Of a stretch of 64,000 bases of DNA, positions 1 through 13,803 are shown piece after piece. Made by a program: the position numbers and the translations under genes. The number at the start of each line of letters is the position of its first letter. Position 1 is the first letter of the stretch. Source of the DNA: Bugula neritina. Its lineage: Eukaryota; Animalia; Bryozoa. The stretch lies in the NCBI GenBank assembly GCA_964035545.1, contig OZ037766.1, positions 4,950,722 through 5,014,721 on the forward strand. Direction: 5' to 3'. The notes below the pieces were generated by a model. It saw only the letters and a program-made list of their open reading frames with translations. It made no database searches and was not told the DNA's origin.

Positions 1-2920
1 TGCCCGGAATGTAAACGCAGCACGCTGTGTTGTCACTATTACAACAGCGATGTTACAGTAATAAAGAGATAGAACAAATGAAAATAAAGATGCTCACTAA
101 TAGTAATTGTGATATGTGAATGAAAAGTTATAATTAGCTTGAGAGCTATGTAAAATTTGGTAGCTATGTAGTACAAGAAGTAAATTGTGGTTAACTAGGA
201 CAATGTGTCAATTGGGTAAAAACCTTATACAGTATAGATATAATTAAACTTATCGCTCTGGAGTCTTGTTGGCTGCTGGCTCTGGCTCTTGGCTCTGGCT
301 TTGTAGCTCTGGCTCTTGGCTGACTGGCGCTGGCTCGGTACGACTGTATAGGCTGATAGTTTGGCTATCGTTCGACTGCTGGTCAGTTTTCCCCGGAGAC
401 TGTATGCCTGATTTGGGTGAATTGTGGGTTGAGTTGTTTAACTTGGGTTTGGTGTGCTTGTGCTTATCGTAAGTGATGAATGAGAATTTACTCTGTGCAT
501 GAGGATAGAAGCATTTCACATTAGAGTATTACGTGCTGTTTTGGATTAAAGTTGTGGGAGCTTGATGTAAAGTGGAAAATCAAGGTTCAATCATTTGAGT
601 GTAAGTAGGTTACAGTTTCGCTTGTCAGCAGCAAGTGGGAAGTTTTACTTGCTGTCTTAGGTTAAAGTTCCACTTCGTGAGAGCTAAGAGTCTAACACTT
701 GTCAAAGGCAAGTGGGAAGAGTTTCACTTTAAGTTTTAGGTAAGAGTTTCACTGTAACTGCCCTCCTAGTTTGCTATGAAAGTTCCATACGGGTGTATGT
801 TTTAGTGTAGATAGTTTATTGATTTACACTGTTCACACCATTTACACCTTTTACACCGTGAAACTACAATTTTCACAAAACAAAATGATTAAAATATGAT
901 AGAATAAGAGCAAATTAAACACAGAAAAGTACATAAAAGAATTTGATAAATTGCTTGTTTTATAATTATTAAAATATTCAAAGTAACAGTATAAATCAAC
1001 AAAGTTATAATATATAAAAGCATACCTCTTTCACCCTTTCTAGGAGAGAGTTAGTAGTATAAAGAAAGCAACATTTTATACCGTGTGTTTGTAAAAATAG
1101 CTATAATATTATGTGAGAGTAGATGAGAATGGAACCTTGACGCTTGAGGGTTCTTACGATAATGTCCTGGCTAAATGTATTTTAACTGTTTTTGTCGGCA
1201 TGTGTAAAGCTAGTGCACTCAGTTTCTTAGTCATGGTTTTTTGAGTGCAGCCAGTGCAAAATAAAACTTGCAATGCACCGAGTGATACTAAAATGGTCTT
1301 GAAGATAAAAAAAAACAGTGACAAACAAGTGCTAAAGAGTACACTAAGGATGGGTGATTCATCGCTGTTGGAATATGTGACAACACAAACGCAGTGTGGC
1401 AATGTCGGTAAATGCTAAATTGCTAATTGATATATATTATGACAGTTATGAACAAATTGGCAGCAGAGTGTCAGTAAGCAAACTAAATAAAACCAAATTT
1501 ATGAAATTTTACTATTTATTATAAAGGACACTACATGTAGCAATGACATTGAATTTCAGAAATACTTTTATTCCCATGCTTATGCTTATACTGTTCATAC
1601 ACACAACATTGATTTCCATAATTTAATAAATATATAGGCCTATCCCACAAAATTACTTTGCCTAGTTTTTAAAAAAAATATTATTTTAACAAAACAGATG
1701 GCACTTTTTACTTGGCCAACAGTTAAGACTGAGATCTTATTATTTTCCGTCAACTGCTCTACAAAGTTTACAATAATTATGTTAAAAAACTGAAACATAT
1801 ATATTACACAATAAAGGGCAAAGTGAAATAATGTTTACTTCTATAAGTATACCTCAAAACAGTTCTGCTGTGTTTAGTATAGAAATATTGATCAAAACTG
1901 GTGGAGTAATTGTTATTTAACGTGACAATCTAAAAGACTTTGAGTTCTACAGAGAGGTTGTTAACAGCTCTGACTGGCATGTCTTTTACTTCTTTATTTT
2001 ATTATTATTATTATAATACAAAAGCTCAGCTTGAGCTACAGAAGCAAACAGGTAATTACTACAACAGTCCTTATAATATTTTATAATAAATTTGATGGTC
2101 ATGTTATATTTCACTTTGTTGTGTTACAGCATGTAGTTATATTAGTTTATATTATAACAATAGCCTCGTTGTATTAATATAGTTGATTCTACTCTCATGT
2201 GTTTAGTTAAATTCCCATTGTAGCCTTAGTATTCTCACCAAAACTGTTAACAACTTACGTACCCTAATAGTTTAGTAATAGATTATTGTATAAACCCATG
2301 CAAACAGGAAGTTGGTTGATGAGTCTGGCAATTCTTGTCTTTTCAAAATTATTACGACTTGTCTCCACATTAGTTACTGTATGTTAGACTTTCCTCGGAC
2401 TTGAAACTTTTTAATAAAACATGTTTGCTGGTTTTGTCAACTTAAATTGGCTATTTAACCTGCTCTGGTAACTTTAGTCCATGCAATGAGTTGTTAGGCT
2501 TTAAAGCTATATTATGCTTTTCGTATTGGAATAGCTTTACAGATTGAGAGAGTAACAGCAAATCACTACTGCTCGAGACAACCTATGCTATAGCTGCATT
2601 TTTTTGAGTTAGAAGGACTGCTAAAGGATAAACAGGGTTTAAAAGGTAGGTAATAGTGATTTTCTAATTTCTTGGCATTGGTTATAGTAAAACTTTTTAA
2701 TTTGAGAAGCTGTTTGACTATGAAATAAAGCAACAGTAAAAGTTAAAAAATAGTTATGCTCAAAACTACTTTACATGTCCTTACCTAACAAGCCTGGTGC
2801 ATATAGAAGTATGCCAATTTTTGTGTAATACCAACTATTACTGGGTTCTGCATCATTTATTTTCACCAAATGCAATTAAAATTTTTCTAACTTCCTGTTT
2901 ACCAGTTTACTAAATTATAG

Positions 2921-4210
2921 ATGGCAAATCGTCTACTTGATGAGGATCTTCCTCTTCGAGATCACGAAGGCTCTTCTCAAGACAGCTCAGAGATTACAGG
3001 TCAGGAGTCAACAAAACTGGATATACAAGAATGTCTCCTAGACGTCAAGTCAGGATATCTGAAGCCAACATGGCGCTACAACCACACACCAGCTATTTCC
3101 AATAGAAGCCTATGTGTAACATCCTGGATATTTTTGGATAAAAGTCTAACCTCAAGAGTTGTCTTTGATGTTGAAAAAGAAAAGCAAGACGTTCAAGTAA
3201 TGAACTCAGAGTCTTGCCTGTTAGTCCAGAGCTCAGGTGGTTTGGAGGAGATGGAGTCAACTATGGTAATGTGCTATGAAACGGGAGAGGAATTGGCTAT
3301 GATAAATGGATATTCAATCAACATGACTAGCAAGAATGAGTTGATCACATGCACACCCTATCTTGCTGGAGACAGCCCTTCAACATACAAAGTATTTCTC
3401 CTAGCATTTAAGGATCGTCCTGAATTTAAATGTCGGATCTTACAAACTGAAGATGCAATAAAAGTAAATTTCCTGACAGCATCTCTTCCTTGTAACCAAA
3501 AGCTTGCTATATTACTATATGGCCTGAAACTAGCATACAATGCGTACGATTGGTCCATTAAGCCCATTCCCTTTTTAGTTGAAGATGTTCAATCAACAGC
3601 ACAGGAATTTCCTGCGTCAATGAATTCATTGCCAGAAAATTTAAATATTCAAGCAGCTTGTTTTATTCAAAAATATCACATTGTTTACCACTTTTTAAAT
3701 CCCGAAGGACCAAACAAAAACAGATTGGAGCTGGTTGTCAAGTGTGAGCCACAAGAAAACTTTAACATTTGTTTTAGAGCAGACAGCGCATCAAATGAGA
3801 TTTTATTTTCAGCAGAAGGCAGGAGTCAATATGACAATCAGTTATCAGTCAGCGATCCCGAATACTCAAGCGTAGGATTCATGATAGGAGAATGCATCTA
3901 CAACAAAGACTATGATGTTGTAATGGAGATAGCTTATTATGCCCATGAAATGAGGATTCTCAATGAAACATGTGACCAGACCCTAGCTAAGTTAACTGAA
4001 AATGGTACCGGGTATAACTTAGCTATAACTCCTGGTGTAAACCCTGAGTGGAAATCTCTCATCATATCTGCTGTCACCAGATATCTGTTTGCTATAGTTA
4101 GAGCTCATCATCAGACAAAGATACCAATCATCAAAAAGTATAAATTTACTTCAAATCCCATTACACCAGAGACTATAGTCAGTGCTTATCTTTTTACAGA
4201 TACCTCCTAA
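2921..4210 (+). CDS. Intronless 429-aa protein with two putative TULIP (Tubby C-terminal/LURP1/phospholipid scramblase-like) domains
   Basis: Long ORF in AT-rich context. Two segments end in a strand-turn-hydrophobic-helix pattern (IKVNFLTASLPCNQKLAILLYGLKLAY; YNLAITPGVNPEWKSLIISAVTRYLF) resembling scramblase/LURP1 C-termini. Possible 5'UTR intron (donor ~2052, acceptor ~2904). Coding status is likely; the fold is tentative. Confidence 0.55.
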   Translation: MANRLLDEDLPLRDHEGSSQDSSEITGQESTKLDIQECLLDVKSGYLKPTWRYNHTPAISNRSLCVTSWIFLDKSLTSRVVFDVEKEKQDVQVMNSESCLLVQSSGGLEEMESTMVMCYETGEELAMINGYSINMTSKNELITCTPYLAGDSPSTYKVFLLAFKDRPEFKCRILQTEDAIKVNFLTASLPCNQKLAILLYGLKLAYNAYDWSIKPIPFLVEDVQSTAQEFPASMNSLPENLNIQAACFIQKYHIVYHFLNPEGPNKNRLELVVKCEPQENFNICFRADSASNEILFSAEGRSQYDNQLSVSDPEYSSVGFMIGECIYNKDYDVVMEIAYYAHEMRILNETCDQTLAKLTENGTGYNLAITPGVNPEWKSLIISAVTRYLFAIVRAHHQTKIPIIKKYKFTSNPITPETIVSAYLFTDTS

Positions 4211-5605
4211 AAATCTTCTCAAATTATAGTCATCTTATTTCTCAACAGTTTATTATTTGTGCCCTGTATTTACTTTCATATATCTTTGTGAACCAAGCAT
4301 TAACTTGAGCTTTGTAACTTTTTCTTACTGTAATTTTTTTTATTAAAAGGACCTGTAGAAATAATTTTAACTTTAAGCAATTTCAACTTTGACTTGTTTG
4401 TTTTAGTACTCACAATTTATACAAAGTGCACAATAAATTCTTATGATTAGCATTACGTAGTGTGTTTTATTGTGAGAAGAAAAAAAGTCACAAATTTCAA
4501 AATATTAAAGTCAACTAGTTTAAGTCTTTGAAATATTGATTATTGCAATATTAGTTGTTGCACGCCTGTTTCATCTATATGATGCTATAGTATCTCTCTC
4601 CTCTACTTTCTTTCTGCTTATTCAATGTTATTCAGTTGTGGTATCTTCACTTTCCCATCTGATTGTGTACAGATACTTTGAAGGCGGCCTAACATTAATT
4701 ATATACATATTGCGCAACTTTGTACTGCTTTGTCAAACTAAGTAAGCGCAAGCAATTTTTTGATAACTTTAAGGTCGATTTTAGCTGCATTTCTATTCTT
4801 TCATAGCATTTGCTTTTGTCAACCGAATTAATTAGTTTGATATTTTCTCAATTTCACTGAAGTGTGTTAGTAGTGTACCTGTTTACATGTCTTGGGTGTT
4901 TTATGCTGCTCTAAATATTACCTCTTCTTCATAACATGTCGTTAAATAAACTATTAGTTTCTATTTTTTATGAATCTGTCTTTATTTCTCATCATGTTGT
5001 TATTTTATTATTACCTAACGCAATTGTCTAAATGTATTACGAAAAACCCACTTAAAGGGCCTGCTCTCAAAAAGCTCAAGGCATAAAGTATATTTTTCAC
5101 TGTTGAATTTAGCTCTTTCCAGATTTTTTATGATTTACTTTAGAATTATAGAAAATAACATAAATTAAGCATGCTAGGCTTACATAAGTTGAAAGAAAGA
5201 GTACTTTTCGGAAGACAGTGTGAATGGATTTGCAAATATGGCAGGTTTGGTCTTATCTTCATCTGTGTGCATATGAACATTGTATGCAGCTTAGTGCAGT
5301 CTCTCCGAATCAAATGTGAGGTTTACTTAACAAACACTGATAAGCTGCTGATGTTTGCTTAATCACATTTTATGATATGTATATTGTGTGTATTTGATAT
5401 GACATGCATATGCTTTAAGTATGGGCAGTGGCCCTTCACAAATTGACAGATGATCATTACTATAATTGTATGGTAACAATGATATAATTGTTGTTGGTGT
5501 TTGAAATGCTATCATTTGTGATTTTCATGCCGTGAAATCAACAGTGGTTATTGACTGAGAGTCAGTTTATTAACTACCACAATTGTTGGAGTCTAGACTA
5601 CTAAA

Positions 5606-7822
5606 ATGGGAACTCTTGGAGAACGTAAAGCAAGAAATAAGACAGCAATATTACAAAGATTATCGGACAGGTTAGTTTTATGCTTGAAGCTAAACATAAG
5701 CAGAAATAGATGGTGAGCTGGGTTAAAGGTTAAAACCCTCTAGAGCAGATGAGTCATAACATCTGTGATGTATAATTGGCTATATAAAACTTAGAACAAG
5801 TTTCTATTAGCCGTTAGCTCTCCCTCTCAAAGATATGTTAATATTTCTAGAAGTTATATATTAATGATTTATGTGTGATGATAAAATTTCTCCTGTTTAT
5901 TATTGCTATCTGAAAATATGGACGTAGATGAAGACTTTTAGAGATCAGATAGTTTATTGGCTACAAATATTCATCATCAAATCTGTTAACAGATTATTTC
6001 TTAGCATTTGCTGAATTTAATTGCTTCTGGTATCTAATAGACATTCAATGGGTTGTCTCAACTTTAGTTCATTAACTAAGCTAATTTCCATTTTCATATT
6101 TAATGCTTGAAGAAAATACAATGATTGATAAATTGATTATTATATTTGGTAGAACACGTCACAAGCTTGTCAAGAAAAGAAGATATAATATTTGTCACAG
6201 TTATACACACATGCAGGAGATACAAAAGTAAGAACTTGTCTGTTTCTCAGCATATGCATAGTCTAGACTCTAGCATCAAGGGAAAGATTACTCTAAAACA
6301 TGACTTTTTAAAATTTAATATGTAGTAAAGTAGTCTTTTAAGGCATTTTAATTTTTACTTATTTGATTCATGAAAAGATTAAAAGTTTTGATATCCATGC
6401 AATGCTAAACTAATTTGAGTCAGCTATACTGTAGTTATATGTCTTTAAACATGACTTTAGGCTCCTTCAAAACCTGGTCTTAATTTTTTATTGATTTATT
6501 CGGCACTAATTTACTTGTTTTTTAAATATACTAAATAAACATTTATTGTGTGTGTGCCTGTGTGTGCCTGTGTGTGCCTGTGTGTGCCTGTGTCTGTGTG
6601 TGCCTGTGTGTGCCTGCGCGTGCGTGTATGTGTGCGTGTGTGTGTGCGTGTGCGTGTGCGTGCGCGTGCGTGTGCGTGTGCGTGTGCGTGCGCGTGCGTG
6701 TGCGTGTGCGTGTGCGTGTGTGTGTGTGTGTCTGTGTAAATATGAAGTATAACCGTGCATACACAATGTTTAATCACATCTTACAAGCAGCAAAGACAGT
6801 GCAGCTGAGGTTAACTTACAGACTAAGTCCACCATTGAAGGAGTTCCATGTATAGCCACACCCACTATACTCACGGCTCCAGTTCATATAGATATTGGTG
6901 GCATTTCATACACTTCCACATTGGCACAGCTAACCAAGTATGTACCTGCTTGTGACAACTGAATGTTCGCTATTCAATAAAGCTACTTTACTAATATACA
7001 TGGCTAAATTCTCAAGAAAACCTGTTTTGCTTATGAAATATATTAACAATAGTATTTTTCTCTATTTAGTTAAATATTAGATATATTTTAGTACCAAATA
7101 ATAAAACTGTGTATGCATTTTATATAGTAATTATGTTAAAATTAGTTTTTGAACCAAATCAATTGATAAATATGGAATCAGCTAAAAGCTATTAATTTGG
7201 TTTCGCAATATAATTGCTTTCCATATAATGTTTAATTGCACAAACTCTGGAGAGAGTTTTAAAAGTTATTCAAGTCTGATGTGTGTTTCAGATATAAAGA
7301 TTCCAAATTGGCCAGACTATTTAATGGCACCACACCGATCATGCTGGACAAAATGAAGCATTATTATTTTATTGATCGAGACGGCAAAGCATTCCGTCAT
7401 ATTCTCAACTTTCTAAGATATGACGACCTGATATTGCCTTCAGACTACAAAGAGCTTAGTATACTGCAACAGGAGGCTGAATACTTTGAGTTGCATGTGT
7501 TGATAGACAAAATTAAGGGTTACTCTGCACCCAACCCGTAAGGTTTGCCGAGTTTTATAGGCTAATAAAATTTATAATGTATATGTGTGAGATAACATTT
7601 ATATTACTAACATTATTAAAACATTTATTTATTTAAACTTCATAGTATTATATAATTATGATATTTAAATATAGTAACACAGTGCATATTGTTTGAATAG
7701 GAAGTTATATTGTTGTCAAATATTATAACAGACTGTTTTTACTATTTAGCAAATCTGCAGTGTGCAAACAATTATGTTATAGTCTTTGGTATAATGAGAC
7801 AGTCTACTATGCCATCTCTTGA
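5606..7822 (+). CDS. KCTD15: BTB/POZ (T1-type) protein, KCTD1/KCTD15-like; exons ~5606-5670, 6153-6227, 6791-6937, 7292-7537, 7750-7822
   Basis: Spliced translation [64 protein letters not shown] closely matches the KCTD1/15 BTB. GT-AG phases are consistent. First and last exons are less certain. Confidence 0.8.
6547..6736. repeat. Compound (TG)n/(TGCG)n/(TGTGTGCCTG)n microsatellite in a KCTD intron
   Basis: Directly visible; explains the spurious His/Thr/Cys/Val ORFs in six frames. Confidence 0.95.
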
Positions 7823-9845
7823 TAGATGATTAAGAGATGGGAATTTTTCAGCAACCAATAGAGCTGATCTGTAAACCTATTTAATTTATTAAACAGTGGG
7901 CATGCTATAATTTCTGAGTATGACTTTATGCATTATATACTCCAGACTTTACTGACTTTATTTCCTAGTGCACACTGCAGAACATTTCAATATAACAAAC
8001 ATGGCTGATATTAATTTTATGATAATGCTGATGGTTAGAAAAATATAAACAAATCTATAGGCTATATGTAAATGCCACAAATACAATTAGCGCCACATGT
8101 TATCCCAATTATAACATCAATTTACGTATATTGAGAATTATGCAGCTTCAAGAGTCCCTGCGAGCCCCTCGTCTGATTAGCTGATAATATGAGCCTCTAT
8201 TTCACATCTGCACATATTGTAATATAATCTATATATACCCAAGGAGTGTGTCATAAACCATTTGAAGAGCACTTCAACTCGTAAAACTCGCTGTCTTTTG
8301 TTAGCAGACCTAAACATACAATACTGTTGTGCTGCGAGATATTAGCAATAGTGTTGTAGAGTTATAATTCAAGAAACTTGTCAACAAATTACATTAAATT
8401 TTTTGAGTATGCATAAGTAATGTCCATCAATAAGAGTGGGCCAATTACAATTAGCAAGGTAGAAATTATTGATTAAAATGGTCAGTCTTGGAGGTGTATA
8501 CTAGCTACAGACACTATTATTGTAAGAACACAATGGTGATTGCCACCGGTCAAAATCCGAGTGTTTACAACTTATTTTATTTTGCTTCTAGCTATCCACT
8601 ATATTCATAAATATTTTATTGTAATGCATTGCATATTATTATGAATTACATGCTGTTTTACACATTGAAATGCAGTCTATTCATTCTTCAAATCAAGCGA
8701 ACGCATCACCTCTATTCACATTTTTATGCAAATAGCCCAAGGAAGAAAGCACTAGCCGTAGATATAACTAAAACAATGAGATAAAGTGATGGGCAATTTA
8801 CATCAATAGTGGTGCAATGTGGAGGACCAACTATTGATTGTGTTACTTAAGTTCTTTTAGCCAGCAGCAGAAACTTCCACATTTAAACAACAAATAATAA
8901 TATAAAGTAATTACATAGGCAGGCTAAATTACCTACAGTCAGCAAACGCAATTAACAGTGGACAAATTTACTAACTATTTAAGTGACTTTGAAATAAAAA
9001 TATTTTTATTTATTGTTGCATTCGAGTGAGGACAAAGCATAATTAGCAAATAATGTAGGGCAGGGAGCATAAAATAATAACGAGAACCCATCAGCAAGTC
9101 TTGGTGTGTTGGGTACAGTTCAACAGATCTTTTATTTTTTATTAGTTTCACTAGAAGGTCTGATTCAATTCACAAAAAGATATGTTATCATTGTAATCTT
9201 TACTTGCAATAAAAGACTGGTTCCCAAACATTGGGCAGCTGAAGCAAATAGAACTAGTATTGGCTTATAGCTGCAATCTATTTGAAGGTTTATAAGCAAG
9301 CGTTGTCGAACTATAAAACATGAGTGTTCAAAGTAGCCCAAAGCAACTATGATCATATTCCTTTCAGACACTAACTATGAGCCTACTGAAGTTTGAAATA
9401 TTGCATCGCACTGTGGAAACAAAAGGAAACCACACATGGATACATTGGGCTGACACAGGTTGCAAACCTTTATGATTGCCGGTTCATATTTAAATTTAAA
9501 ATTAACAGCATTTGCCGATCAACTCATTTGATTGAACTTGATTCGCTGCAAAGAACTTAAATCTCACCACTTTGGACTACAAATTATTAAAAATTGTGGA
9601 AATCAACTGGCAAACATAACTACCGAACTACCAGTTTCTATGTATGTAAATACGATAGCCAATACATAAGCAATTATTATTTATGGAGTGTTTTGAAATA
9701 TGAGGAGTCAACATGAAACTAGACAGATATCCATACAAGTTGCATAATATAAATATAATTTATTATAAAAATACTGGTTAAAAATGTTTTAAAAAACTAA
9801 AAAGTAAATTGAGCTCATGGATTTTCGGTAAAACAAAAAAATGCA

Positions 9846-12800
9846 TTACAATATACAAGATTCATTTCTATTTTCAGTATTTTTGAGCAACTCTAAGACA
9901 TCATTTTTAATTGTTAAAATATTAGGCACAGCTTGTTTAGATGAGAAATGAAATGGTAACCACCAATCTCTCCTTCTCCACTCTTCACATATGCATCTGC
10001 GAGTAGAATCGTCTTTGGCTATAGCAGACGAGAGAAAGTTCTTAAACTTTTCCCACAATTCCAAGTCTTGTCTATGGCAAGAATAATCCAGAAGGTTAAA
10101 GAGCAGTCGTACAGAAGTGGATTGATCAGGGTTGTCGGAAGCCAGTAGAGAATCTGATAGTTGCAAGCAATAAGTTTTATCTGACGGCCATTTAACACAA
10201 TACTCAGTTAACAGAGCAAGGTGATTGGCTGAGTCACCTTGACTTTGGTAATATTCCAGAAGGTAGTGATAAGATCTAGGATTGTCTTCATTACGCTTTC
10301 TATATGACTTCAGGATGGCCAGAGCTTCCCCATGACGACTGCAAAATACACAAACAATTGATAGTGAACTCAGTCAAGTTTCACAATAGCTGAAAATGTA
10401 AATAAGGAGAAAATATCTTAATTAAAAGTAATTATTTTCCATAATGGAGCATGTAATTATTGAATTAAAACAATGAAATAAGTTTTAGATGTATGTTTCA
10501 ATGCAGCATTTTTTACTATCTATTTTCAGCAAGTTTTTACAAAAACGCATAACTTGAAACTTAAATTTGCTACTTGAATGTTTGATAACTAGAAGGCTAT
10601 TGACACATAAAGTCTTTTGTATCAGTGATCAATTCTAAACAAGTCAACTTGAAAATCAATTGATAAAAAATATCCAGTGAAACACTGCACTGAAGTTTTT
10701 GCCTGCAGCTATAAATTCAAAGTATTTTCATCTCAACAAAACACACAGTTTAAAAACAGCTACACCAATTGTGTTACACAAAAAGCTATAAACCAATGAA
10801 TCTCATGTTATCACCCAAAGTGGATATACAATCTTCTTTTTTAAAGTGCAACATAACTGCCAACTGTTTCTACTTTCATTATATAGCTCCACAAAAGATT
10901 CTATTGTTATTATGTTCACTAGTTTATGGCTATACATTACTAAATTCAAAATGAGAAGACGATTTCAATTACACTCTGAAAAAATTGTATGAAAGCTGCC
11001 CTCTTCCCAGAGTTTTGATTTTGTGCTAAACAAAAAAGACCAAGACAATGCTAACAGAGATTAATGCACTGTAAACAATTAATTTGCAATGAAATATACC
11101 ATACACTTATAAATTATGCTTATCAAGCACAATAAAATATGAGATCTATAGTAATTTACCCAAAAAACTGGAGTAGCTGAACTTGATTGCTAATAAACAT
11201 GTCCCAGTCACCGGGTTGAGAAGTAACGCTGCTGAACTCCGACAGCGCGTCTTCTGCATGCTGCTCGCTCTGCATATTCTGGTTAAACTGGTGGATAGAC
11301 TGTGACTGACTTGACGTTTGAGTTTTCTCCCATTTCAAGTAGCTACACAAGTAACACTAGAGTAAACACACAACTACCATACAAAATTACATACAAGAAA
11401 ATATACCAACATACAGAAAACGTTTTACTTCAAAAAAATGATATTTTTGACAAATATATTACACATTTATATTCATGTATTGAAAGTCAAGTAGAATCAG
11501 ACTTGTTACTAACTGGGCAAGTCCTTTAAATGCCCTGTAAAAGAGTGCAACTTGTTTGCTGTGTGAAGAATTTGCCAGTTGAACTTTCACTTTGGGGATA
11601 TTAAACACACATTCCATGGCTTCATCTACTCCTTGGAAAGTCAATTTATGTATGAACTGCTCCACCGTCAACTACAAAAAGTTTCCATATGAATGATTTA
11701 AAACATTTTTATTTCTCGAACTGAGACATTCAGCAGAAACACTTAGGCGAAACGACTCCACTCCATTATTGTGATAATTTCCAAAAATTCTACTAACAAA
11801 ACAGATGAATAAGTAATAATATAACCTGTTGAGAATTAATAGCTATATCAAGATGCTTAAGCTGTTCAACAACATCACTGCCAAGTGTCTGGGGAAGGTC
11901 TGGCAAGTTATACAGAATCTCCATTTCACTTCTGTGGATCACAATTTCTAATGCTAGAGGCATCAACACCCGGCAGCCACTTACAATTGACTTGAGTATC
12001 TCCGCGCACTCCTCATATCTGTGGGAGAAAAGAAATTGAGTCAACAAAATGTGAGGGTTAGTAAAATATCCCGACAATGGTCAAAAAATACCAGAAATTA
12101 CCAAAATTTACATGTCATACTTTATAAATAATACCTTACTTAAAAATACAAAAGTGATACAAAATCATCTAGAAACTACTGGTGAGTCCTACATACAAAA
12201 ACTAATTAAGCTAAGAGCCAGTAGTACATTGCTAGAAAATTTGTGTCTAATTCTATCTGCAGGCAACTTATCAGCCAAACAAGAGAACATAACAAAACTT
12301 CAGAGCACCTTAGGTGTAACATGGCATCTCTGAGTAAGGTAAGAAGTTGATGGAGAGAGTTAGAAGAAGCTGAGTGATGGCCTCTCCCACCTGGCCTGAA
12401 ACCGAATGTGAGATTAGCAGGTGTGTCAGGTACGTTCTTCAACACCTCCGTAACATCTTGCAGCCAAGAGAATTCTGGACTTGCCGGCCCTTTCAGAAGA
12501 AGATTGGACAGCTTTACAACTCGCTCTAAGTAAACGACATACTTAGAGAACTTATCGTCATGGCACCCAGAAGCTGCATCACTTTCACTGTTATCGTCTG
12601 TTGAGCATTCCATTCTGATTTTAAAAGTAAATAAATAAGTAACATAAAACGAGCAAACTGCAAATTTTTGCCTACTTAAAGTTAGCTTTCAAGTTTATCC
12701 TGGAGTTAGTGTTACTGTTAGAGTTGGACTTATGTGAGTATGTCTATGAGTATCAGTAATACTAAGAGTTCACAGTTATACTTGTAGTTAAAGTTATTGT

Positions 12801-13442
12801 AATTCACTAATTGTTATGAACTTATGATATTGACATTTCTCTGTTAGTGTTACACTTAAAATTATTGCATCTAAAACTAAAATCAGAAGTAAATATTAAT
12901 ATATGTTAATATATTCATAATCATATTCATATTGATATTGACAATTATAATGGTAATCATTATGATTATCATTGCATTTTGATTTAATGATTTAAATTGA
13001 TTAGCATAATCCATAATCAACATCAATTATCATGATGTTATTCACAATTCATATTGATCATCAGTATCACAAATAATAATTATAATCACTTTTAGTTTTA
13101 CTTTAAGAATAAGTTTATCATAATAATTTATTAATTATAATTTAAATTAATCGTAACGCCAACGGTAACCATAATCATAATTATAATGATTATCACGCCC
13201 GCGGTCACAGCTCAAGTACTAAAGAAACTATAACAATAAGTATGAACTAAAATGTCAGCTTAGATACCAGCCATTATTGTATAACATAGGTGGCTGCTGG
13301 TTCACCACAAAGTGATTAAATTGAATATTGATATCCACCACACGTTAATTGAAGAAGTTTGAAAGGATATAAGTATGAACCTTGACATTCTTCTATTCTG
13401 ACGATGAAGAGGAAAATTCGGTATCAGTAGTTTCAAAGTCAT
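9846..13442 (-). CDS. TAF1A: RNA polymerase I SL1 subunit TAF1A (TAFI48)-like, multi-exon; start codon uncertain (13442, 13388 or 12613)
   Basis: Exon peptides QPGDWDMFISNQVQLLQFFG, EALAILKSY...NPRSYHYLLEY, LLFNLLDYSCHRQDLELW and EEWRRRDWWLPFHFS parallel the TAF1A motifs PGVWDPF..VEMLEFYG, NPNAHIYLY, LFGVLDF and EEWNSRKNWWPGFHFS (recalled). Confidence 0.8.
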
Positions 13443-13803
13443 AATATTATCATGTGTTCGAGGGCTTCAAAAACCGTAACGCAGAAAGTTGCAAAGTTAC
13501 TATACTTCTGGTAACATAACTCTATAGTGTGACGAAATATTTTAGTAGGTTGTCATGGTACAAAACTCTCCAACTCGTTCAACATTAATTATACGATATA
13601 AATAAGGCCGCGATAAACTATATTGTAGCAGAAGGCAGTGCGATGTGTCCTTTGGGGCAGATACACCTACAGTACATTTCATGAACTCATAAAATCATAG
13701 GAAAAGGGAGCTTGCAGACGGCTAAGCTAAAGCACTATAACAAGGAGCAACAAATTATATCAAATTGCAAAAATTGCAACATTTTTTAAAATTATAAAGA
13801 AAA
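13443..13803. promoter_or_regulatory. Putative bidirectional promoter between TAF1A (-) and the HSF2BP-like gene (+)
   Basis: Head-to-head starts about 360 bp apart; locally more CpG than the flanks. Confidence 0.5.

Noticed and set aside
6506-6855. His/Thr/Cys/Val-rich ORFs in six frames
   Set aside because: Translation of the TG/CG microsatellite.
8080-9700. Possible DNA-transposon or ncRNA remnants between KCTD and TAF1A
   Set aside because: No terminal inverted repeats, coding motifs or RNA boxes could be established by eye.
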